Below the pieces are notes generated by a model that was not told where the DNA came from, made no database searches, and saw only the letters and a list, made by a program, of their open reading frames with translations. A DNA stretch of 64,000 nt from Euglena gracilis (Eukaryota), in the NCBI GenBank assembly GCA_039621445.1, contig CP154954.1:36069703-36133702 (forward strand), given 5' to 3'. The stretch's first letter is position 1. Each line of letters opens with the position of its first letter. A program made the translations under genes and the position numbers. Positions 55,597-64,000 of this stretch are shown here, piece by piece.

Positions 55597-58212
55597 TTAC
55601 CACAAGCGGTTATCCGCTTGTTTTGTGATAAGGTACTCTATTAGAGGTAACGGGAATGGGTCATCCTTAGTCTGCGAATTTAAGTACCGATAATCCAGTA
55701 CTAGCCTCCACTTTTTCTGACCTGATGGGTCTGGGGGCTTAGGAACCACAAAGGCTTGGGAGGTCCATTCACTCTTGGAAGGGATGATCCACTTCCGCTC
55801 TATGAGCTTTTCAATCATTTCATTGAGAGCTATCTCTCGTTCTCCGGAACAACGGAAAAATTTCCGATGCATTGGCTTTGCGCCTTCCTTAAGCTCTATC
55901 TTACAAACTCCAAAAGGTCCGCGAATAGCGGGATCTATATCGCAAGCGTAAACAGGATTTTCCAAAACACCAGAAAATTCGCGACTGATGCGCGTACAGA
56001 ATTCTGCTGATTTTGGATGCTGTCCTGCACTTTCAATGACAGCGGAAACCTGTTTATGGGTCATATCGACCATAGGGGATTCCGAACGGGGATGCCTATC
56101 GGCATTATGCACAAAAGCCGTATCGGCTCCCACATAGTCGGTATGATCCAACACACTTACATTCAGGGGTGGAGATTGAGAAACATGAAAAGCATCAAAG
56201 AAACAAACACGGAAAATGATTTCTTGAAAAGGTGGTAATACCACTCCACGGAAATCCTCGAATAGAGGAACGTCGTTTGGTAGGTCCCACCAATAAAATG
56301 TGACATAAGTCAAATTTTGAAACCATTCCGCTTCGGGATTCACAGGAACAAGTAATGCGCCTCGCGCTTGATCCTGGAAAATTTTATCTACAACAAGCGG
56401 GATAAGTTTCAGGGGGGGATGCATCCATAGGATAGTGTCTCCCCAAAACTTATCAAAAGCATTAGAATGTTGCGACCAATGTCGCGGTAATCGCGAATGC
56501 GCGTTGGAGGAGAATGCATCAATTTCCAAGGTCAAATCAAAAGAATCCGCCATATCGGCGATTTTTGAAAACCAATGTTTCAAAATTCGATATTGACCAA
56601 ATTGAAAAGCATTCCAGGTATCCTTGGTGTACTTGGACATTTGCTCAACATCCTGAAGGGGGGGAACACGCTGTAACACAGAACAACGAAATTGTGAATC
56701 ATCCACATACATGTCCATAGGACTCAATCCAGGTGGGTCATGGGTGGGTTGGGCATATACCCAATCATCGGTGATGCGCGATAGCGCGGAATGCGCGATA
56801 TGCGCGGGATTCGCACTATGTGCGGCAAGCGCGATATGCGCGGAATTCGCACCATGTGCGGAAAGCGCGATATGCGCGGGGGTGTTGGAGAGCGCCATAG
56901 GCGCATAGGGAGCGCTATGCGCAAATCCGAAGAGGGAGGCTATGTCTTTGCACTGTAGTGCTCGATTCACTTTCGCGAATTGCGAAAAACTGCCAAGTGG
57001 ATTTGTGATCTGTGCATAATTATCAAGTGTGCTGATGGGTGTATCACCCATGGTATCAAGGCTGTGTACCTTTTGGTTGTCTATTAAATCCGTACCAGGT
57101 GTATAGGTATCACTACCAGGTGTAGGGGGGGGAAAATTCCCGGTTGCGGGATCCAATCGGATTAGTTTGGAAGTTTCAACAAGACATCCACAATCAAAAT
57201 CATGGTAAGCGGAGATTCTCCGACAGTGAGCACATTGGTAGGAGGGTTGGTGCATGTGGTGCGCGTCTGTGTGGGTGTCAGTGCATAAGTTGGTGTCGGT
57301 TGGGGTAGCTGCTGGGGGGTGTACAGGGGTGTCTGAAATCGACACACCTGGTGGAAAACGTAAAAGTTGTGCAGCTGGGCGGCTACTCGACACCGTTATA
57401 ACTTCAGGCCTTTGGGCTTTCGCCTGGGAACCCAGCGAAACGTGCGGGGTTAAGCTACTGGCTTTCCCTACCACATGGGAAACGAGCGGTAAAAGTGCGG
57501 TGGGTAGGGGGGCAGCTTTCTCTTTACCCCTAGGGTAGGAAACGGTGTTTTCGGTTGTGGAAAACGTTGTGGAAATGCGGGGGGACATCCTGGGGGATGT
57601 CACGGGGAACAAGTTCGGGGGTGTGGTGTGTGTGCGGGGGGTAGTGCGCAAACCGTGCGAAGGACAATCCACCACCAATCGGTGTTGCCGGAGGAACAGA
57701 AAACCGAGTATGACATCTGACCCGGCGATATTCGCCTCGAATGCCCAAGTACCCAGAAAATTTTGGAATTGTGGGGGGTGTGTGTGGTGCTTCGGGATAA
57801 TGGGGAGGACTATGTCCAAAATGCATCCCAAGTCACCACCGCACATGGGGCTGTTGTCAGCGGTCATAATTTTGATGGGATTCTTGGCATGAACCAAAAG
57901 GGGGGTGGGTATAAGTCCTTTGCAGAAAAGAAGGGGGATTCGACACCCTGTGTCGACTAAAATTTTGGCTTGTGCACAGAAATTTTGAGTTTTGATTTTC
58001 GCTTGGACCAAACTTTCCATGGGGGGTACGCAAAGCGAAGGGTCGGGTGTAAAATTGTTGTTGCGCCAACTGTTCCATGACCCTTGGCTTACTTTGCTCA
58101 ACATTCCAAGCAAAAATTTGGCGCGGGGAGTGGGGGACCCGAAAATTTTCCGGGTACCGACCAAAAAGACCGATGGGCAGGGGGGGCAGGGGTGATCAGT
58201 TCCTACCTCCAT
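55597..58212 (-). CDS. pol: Element 3 pol: protease, long low-complexity linker, Dam-like MTase (HPP), RT N-terminus
   Basis: ILVDTGC, VILGF; IDAFSSNAH...NAFDKFWGDTILWMHPPLKLIPLVVDKI...LLVP..W; WTSQAFVVPK, WRLVLDYRYLN. Confidence 0.85.
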   Translation of the reverse strand: MEVGTDHPCPPCPSVFLVGTRKIFGSPTPRAKFLLGMLSKVSQGSWNSWRNNNFTPDPSLCVPPMESLVQAKIKTQNFCAQAKILVDTGCRIPLLFCKGLIPTPLLVHAKNPIKIMTADNSPMCGGDLGCILDIVLPIIPKHHTHPPQFQNFLGTWAFEANIAGSDVILGFLFLRQHRLVVDCPSHGLRTTPRTHTTPPNLFPVTSPRMSPRISTTFSTTENTVSYPRGKEKAAPLPTALLPLVSHVVGKASSLTPHVSLGSQAKAQRPEVITVSSSRPAAQLLRFPPGVSISDTPVHPPAATPTDTNLCTDTHTDAHHMHQPSYQCAHCRRISAYHDFDCGCLVETSKLIRLDPATGNFPPPTPGSDTYTPGTDLIDNQKVHSLDTMGDTPISTLDNYAQITNPLGSFSQFAKVNRALQCKDIASLFGFAHSAPYAPMALSNTPAHIALSAHGANSAHIALAAHSANPAHIAHSALSRITDDWVYAQPTHDPPGLSPMDMYVDDSQFRCSVLQRVPPLQDVEQMSKYTKDTWNAFQFGQYRILKHWFSKIADMADSFDLTLEIDAFSSNAHSRLPRHWSQHSNAFDKFWGDTILWMHPPLKLIPLVVDKIFQDQARGALLVPVNPEAEWFQNLTYVTFYWWDLPNDVPLFEDFRGVVLPPFQEIIFRVCFFDAFHVSQSPPLNVSVLDHTDYVGADTAFVHNADRHPRSESPMVDMTHKQVSAVIESAGQHPKSAEFCTRISREFSGVLENPVYACDIDPAIRGPFGVCKIELKEGAKPMHRKFFRCSGEREIALNEMIEKLIERKWIIPSKSEWTSQAFVVPKPPDPSGQKKWRLVLDYRYLNSQTKDDPFPLPLIEYLITKQADNRLW

Positions 58213-58261
58213 CTGTTCATCAGCCCAGAGGTCCGTGCCCTCAGACCTCGGGCTCCCTCCC

Positions 58262-61200
58262 CTACTCCATATCGGAGTCGGCCTTTTGGCCTATGGTGGA
58301 CTTCCTAGAGTAAATTGCGCGTATCGTGCGAATGGCATTCCTGTCTTCCACCAACTCATCCTCGGTGCTCTCATCCCCCTCCCTTCCCGAAGCCAGGTCT
58401 TTTTCCTCGATAGAGGATATTTTGAAACCAACCCGCCGCCTATTGGCAGAACCGCGATTGGAATCGCGACGACCATGGCTAGGGCGGGGAGAGCAGGAAC
58501 GGGGGCAATTGGATGAATGGTGGTCTTTAGACCCACAAAGGGAACAACGGGTTCGCGATTGCGATTGCCTTTTGGCATCATACTGACGCGGGGAGCGGTT
58601 ATCCGCTCGACCGCGGTTGGATTGCGAAGAGGATGACCCACTTCGCGACCGAGATCGCGAAGAATCGCGATTGGCATCCCGATTGCGGGTAGGGGGGCGG
58701 GGGGACCGACCTCGCGGTTTGAAACCATGTCCGCTATTGCGGTGGGGTGAACAGGAACGCGGTCTTCCATCACCCGATCGGTATCCCGACCGCTGCGAAT
58801 GCGCAGATCGTGGGGAACGCGAACTCCAGGAAGAGAGGGATCCTCGGGGGCTCTTACTGCGCTTTCGCGCTTGGGGGTTCGGACATTCGCGAGACATATG
58901 TCCCGGTTGATTACATAAAAAGCACACTTTGTCCGAAACTTAGTCAGAAGAGCGCGAATAGCGCGGTTTGGATTCCCGTGTCGGGGATTTGGGGTTTGAG
59001 CGCGGATAGCGCGTTTTGGAATCAGTCGATGGTGATTTTGGTGATTTTGGAGGGGTAGTCCTTTGGACTGCATGGACTGAACCGGTGGGTACACCCGCGG
59101 TAGGGTGGTGGTGATATGCCGATTCAATTTGTCCCAGAAGTTGTGATAACTTCATTTGTTTGGAAATATAATTCCATCTCTGATCGAGAGTCAAAATGTA
59201 TCCCGCGAGTTCCTCGCGGTGAATTTCCTTGATGAGTTTGGGGATGTAGCGCAGTAATACCGCATCAAATTGTTCTTTGATTTGCTCTTCCCCTAACTCA
59301 TCAACCTCGGCTGCTAATGCAAGCCACTTGGAGAACCATAAGTCTATCGACTTCCATTTACGGTCCGGGGGGGTGAATTGCCGCCATTTGTTTTCCAGAC
59401 TGATTCTGGAAACCAAACTGGAGCATGAGGAAGCATATTGCTCAACCAACTCTTCAAAAGAAATGCGCCTGCCAATGACCAATTGTCTGGCGCGTTCTTT
59501 TTCATCCCTTGGGAGGCAATCGATGAGTTCCATCTTGATTACCTCCGGGTTGTCATCTTGGGTGGGTCCCTTCAAATCCCAATAATATTCCCAATCGCGG
59601 AAAAATAGTTTCCACGTGGTGGGGTCACCGTCCCATTGGGGCTTCACCTTGTTCGCTATCGCGATGGTGCCTTTGAAATCTTTCTGAGAAACCCGTGGCC
59701 CTTCGGTGGTATTCCAGGGGTGTGGGCCCGGGCGCGAAATCGCACCTTGTGCAGGTACTCCGGTGGTTGCACCAAGGGTATTGTTCAGGTTATTTTGCGA
59801 TTGCGCATGGAACATACCACTTAGTGTACCATAGGTACCATGCAAATTAGGGAATCGCGATTGCGCGAATGGTGATGCGGTTGCGCATGTGGGGGTGAGG
59901 TATCACATGGTTGCACCATTGGTGCTATTAAGCGAATTTGGGAGGTATGACCAATACCCGGTGTGCGGGTGCGGATCATACCACGAATAAGTTCGGATTC
60001 CCGAATCTCTTGATTTAAGAGGGGGGTGGGTCTGGTTTTCGCTTGAAAACCTGACTCATCATCCGAAAACGCGTCCATTGGGACTGGTAATGCCAGTGGG
60101 GGAACCACCGCATGAGCGGAAACGCGATTTGGTGGCAATGTGCCTATGGGCTCGGGAATTGGTGCGCGAATGGCGCTTTTGGAGCTGGAAGATGCGGCAA
60201 GTGTGCCAACCGTACCCGATTGCGGGTTTTGGTGGATGGAACGCAGTTGTGCATGAATTTGGTCCAAATTTGTTGCAAATTCATGCACACTTTGCTCCAA
60301 ATGGTCAACAACCTGCCAATTGTCGGTTATCTGACCCACATCCTCCTGCAAACGCTTAATCCGCCTACGGTATGAGGGTAGTTCATCCAAAAGCGGGATT
60401 TTGTCAGAAATTGACTGAAAATCGTGCGAAATCGCACCAAACGCAGTGTCCAATTCCTGTACTCTTGTCACCAAAGTGCGCATCGCACTGGAAATGGCCT
60501 CCAATTGTGGAGATGGCTTGGTGGGGTGGTCCGAATGCGGACTTTTGACTTTTTCAGCCATTGGCTGTTCCATCAAGACAAAAACTTGCGCGGATAGCGC
60601 GATAATGTCATTTTGCAGTTTTGTGACATCCTGCTTCACCGTTTTCTCGGTGTTCATGAGACTGTCACAAAATCCTTGCATAATTTGGTGATTTTCCGCG
60701 CGCATTTCAGCGCTAATCTTGTCCAAGTGTGTTTTTGGGAGTGTGGGGGTAGGTGTTGGTAACGGCAATGTGCCTTGGTGTGGTGATTGCACCTGAAGCA
60801 TTTTTGTGCTCATTTCTTGCATGCGTGTGTGCAAATCCGCTATCGCGGTTTGAATGCCGGTAACATCCGGAATCCTACCAGCTACTTCCGCATAGCGGGT
60901 GTGCAACTTAGCCAATGAGGCTTCAATGTTACCAACATCTTGTTGTAACTGTTTGTGCAAATCGGACATGGTGGCCTTGAGTCCACTAATATCCGGTGTT
61001 GGTGCACGGGTTACCGCATTGCGGTTTTGCAAATCCGCGATTGCGGTTCGGAATTCCATTGTGTCATTCTGCCACTGTTGTTGCAAATTCTCAATCCTAC
61101 TCGCGATATTCGCGATTTGGGTGTGAAAACTTGCAATTTCAGCGGGAATATCACCACAATGGCAAGATTTCTGCTCCAATCGGGAAAGTCTTTCCTCCAA

Positions 61201-62388
61201 TTGTTGCACATACGTGCGGGGGACAAAACTTTCATTGGCTTGGGCAGAAAAGTGGGTAAAATTCGCGGAATCACAGCTCAACTGGAAAATGCGCTGTTGC
61301 GCTTCCTGAAATGCGGTTGCAAGGGTGGAGAATTGCTCCATTGTAATAAATTGTCCCAAATCGGGATTTTTGATGGGGGGCTCATGCAACTTTTGCTGCA
61401 ATTGTGGAAAAATTGCCGTAATTGGCTCCAATTGATGAGACAAAGCTTGCAAACTATGTTGCATGTTGGAGAAAATCGCAACATTGCGGGATTGTGTTTC
61501 ACACATGGCTTCACTCACTTTTTGGAAGTGTTGTGGCAAATATGCCTGCAAATGTGTGTCCAAACCTTGTCGCAAGGTTGCTAGGTCCACATTGGTGGAT
61601 TGAAAGTTTGTTTGGCAATATTGGCCAACATCACGCACATAACTCCAAAGGTAATTCAGCTTGTGTTCTACAACCTTTTGGTTGTTTTCATCAAAATCCA
61701 AAACCTTGTTAAGTGTCATAGCGCAATCCGCTACACAAGTGTGGACATGGGAAATTTGCCGCGTTAGCGGGTGGTCCACTGGAAGATTTGCGACTATGCG
61801 CTGAATCACGGTGATGGGTTGAGGGGAAATATTTTCCAACTCTTCCGCATCACTGCTCATGGACTCTGTGGGACTTGTATAAGCCGGAACTGTCAAACGC
61901 ATCTCCGGATGCCATGGCAATGCCGGAAAAGAACCCGTATCGGGTGGTGCGGGCAATTGTCCAATCGGACTTGTGGGGGGAAGCATAGGGGGGGGGCTGA
62001 AAGAAACATGGTGTTTCTAATCCACCCTCACCAAAATTTGCCGTGGCGTATCCGCCTCAGAGTCAAATGTGCCTATCGGCACCAGTGCGAGATCTCGCTG
62101 GGGGGAATGGGTGTTAGCCGATCGGCTTTCCAACAAAAGGGGTTGTGCCTGTTGGGCATGGGGTTGCTCTATAGAGCTTGACACCGATAGGTGTGGGGGT
62201 GCCCATTGGGCGGGGGGAGGATTACTCGACACACGCGGAGAAGGAGGATTACCTTTGGAATGAGTCAATGTGTGAATACCCCTATGGGGTTGTGAATGCT
62301 CATTAGAGCTAGACAATGATACCGCAGGTTCAAGTCCACGAAGTGATCCAATCAATGCTGCGTAGTCGATGGGAGTTGTGCTCTGCAT
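58262..62388 (-). pseudogene. gag: Element 3 Gag (~1370 codons; coiled coil, capsid-like region, CCHC knuckle, RS-rich tail), disrupted
   Basis: Collinear ORFs 62388-62017, 61986-59821, 59845-58940 and 58927-58262, separated by two in-frame stops and one frameshift; WDGDPTTWKLFF; CFLCNQPGHMSREC and CSLCGSKDHHSSNC knuckles. Confidence 0.85.
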
Positions 62389-62639
62389 TTTTAAGGCAAA
62401 AACGCAAAAACCAAGTGTAGATTGTGGGGTAAAATGCAGGAACAAGTGCAAAAAGAGGGGATAGTATAAAAAGTAAGCAGAGACCCGATCTCTGAGGTTT
62501 GAAGCAGCGTATACTGCGAACCGTCAGAGGACGTGTCCGTGCGTACGGCTTTGGCCGGAAACGGCTTGTAGTGCCTGTGGTCGCCTATAGGCGGGGCACC
62601 ACACGATCGTTTGCGGTCAAACGGATCGAAAAACCTAAA

Positions 62640-62648
62640 CTGCTACCA
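62640..62648 (-). promoter_or_regulatory. Element 3 PBS TGGTAGCAG (initiator tRNA-Met type)
   Basis: Lies 2 nt after the LTR end ...GGACGTACA. Confidence 0.8.
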
Positions 62649-62650
62649 AG

Positions 62651-63084
62651 TGTACGTCCAACCTTTCCTCGCTTTCGCCCTTTGGTGCGCAAAAGGAAAA
62701 AGGTGGAGTAACAGGAAAAATTGAAAAGAATAATATAAAAGTTCTTTGCCCTTTTCCCCAATTAAGAGGCAGAGCACGAGACAGGGGAGGAGCCCTATGG
62801 GCTACGGACCAGGAAAGTGACAAATGTCCTTTCAGGACTTCAAAATGTGAAAAAGCAAACTTGGAAATCAAGTCTTGCAAAGACAAAATGGAAAGAAAAG
62901 AATAGAGAATACCACCTGTGGAGAGGAGAAGAAGAATTAGGCTTTGGTATTCCTAATTCAGGCCGTTGGCCATCTGTAGGAATACCACCTAGCATAGTAC
63001 TGTGTATGGGGCTCAGAGCTATAATTGGCCGTAGGCTTATACCTACATACACTGTACCATGGCCCTACGGCTGCCTGGTACACA
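62651..63084 (-). repeat. Element 3 5' LTR (434 bp)
   Basis: TGTGTAC...GTACA termini, bounded by satellite B and the PBS; only one copy is present, so the ends are inferred. Confidence 0.8.
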
Positions 63085-64000
63085 CGATCCTTTAACTAAC
63101 TGTTGCGAAGGGCGGCGGGCGGACAGACGCAATTTTGCCCCCGCCGGGCGTGCACAAAACGCAGCAGTTACCGTCCGGGAGGCGCAAAATAGCACGTTGG
63201 TAACGGACGCCCCAAAAAAAACGTCATTTTACGGCCGTTTTTGGCCGAAATCCGCTGCGCCGGCTCTCCAAAAACGAGCGCTCTGCCCCGGCTAGAGGTC
63301 GGCGATCCTTTAACTAACTGTTGCGAAGGGCGGCGGGCGGACAGGCGCAATTTTGCCCGCGCCGGGCGTGCGCAAAACGCAGCAGTTACCGTCCGGGAGG
63401 CGCAAAATAGCACGTTGGTAACGGACGCCCCCAAAAAACGTCATTTTTCGGCCGTTTTTGGCCGAAATCCGCTGCGCCGGCGCTCCAAAAACGAGCGCTC
63501 TGCCCCGGCTAGAGGTCGGCGATCCTTTAACTAACTGTTGCGAAGGGCGGCGGGCGGACAGGCGCAATTTTGCCCCCGCCGGGCGTGCACAAAACGCAGC
63601 AGTTACCGTCCGGGAGGCGCAAAATAGCACGTTGGTAACGGACGCCCCAAAAAATCCGCTGCGCCGGCGCTCCAAAAACGAGCGCTCTGCCCCGGCTAGA
63701 GGTCGGCGATCCTTTAACTAACTGTTGCGAAGGGCGGCGGGCGGACAGGCGCAATTTTGCCCCCGCCGGGCGTGCGCAAAACGCAGCAGTTACCGTCCGG
63801 GAGGCGCAAAATAGCACGTTGGTAACGGACGCCCCAAAAAACGTCATTTTTCGGCCGTTTTTGGCCAAAATCCGCTGCGCCGGCGCTCCAAAAACGAGCG
63901 CTCTGCCCCGGCTAGAGGTCGGCGATCCTTTAACTAACTGTTGCGAAGGGCGGCGGGCGGACAGGCGCAATTTTGCCGGCGCCGGGCGTGCGCAAAACGC
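63085..64000 (-). repeat. Satellite B, distinct subtype, reverse orientation
   Basis: Same unit with fixed differences (tttaactaac, cggacaggcgc, gcagcagttaccgtcc, cacgttggtaac, aaatccgctgcg); one unit near 63650 lacks the CGGCCG segment. Confidence 0.93.

Larger units (their letters stand above)
53752..63084 (-). mobile_element. Element 3: Ty3/Gypsy LTR retrotransposon with Dam-like domain, 3'-truncated within integrase
   Basis: 5' LTR 62651-63084, PBS, gag, then PR-MT-RT-RH-partial IN; no 3' LTR in the window. Confidence 0.9.

Noticed and set aside
454-63088. Target preference for CG-starting sites (CGGG, CGGT, CGAT)
   Set aside because: Only three sites, in CG-containing satellites; element 2 (CTTTG) and element 4 do not fit.

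Overview
Eukaryotic, gene-free, heterochromatin/centromere-like window. It is built from two tandem satellites (A: 213-bp unit, 1-457 and 20485-34379; B: GC-rich ~216-bp unit, 34380-45706 and 63085-64000, with orientation switches) that have been invaded by Ty3/Gypsy LTR retrotransposons. Element 1 (458-20484, +, 480-bp LTRs, TSD CGGG) encodes a 1483-aa Gag followed in frame, after one TGA, by a Pol with this domain order: Dam-like N6-adenine MTase (DAFA...NPPF), C5-cytosine MTase (DLFCG / PC / ENP), protease, RT, RNase H, integrase, chromodomain. Element 2 (5584-12630, -, 191-bp LTRs, TSD CTTTG) is inserted exactly in the DAFA motif of element 1 and has its own NPPF Dam-like domain and a chromodomain. 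Element 3 (53752-63084, -, with a ~7.2-kb inverted duplicate at 45707-52921) also carries a Dam-like domain (HPP variant) and is truncated by a sibling element 4. Also present are a 1.3-kb non-autonomous LTR element with an apparent Tf1-type self-priming site, and a TIR-bounded element filled with (CCCCTTACCCA)n. The standout is a chromodomain-bearing Gypsy element encoding two different DNA methyltransferases. All domain calls are by motif inspection only; no searches were run, and the host organism is not identified.
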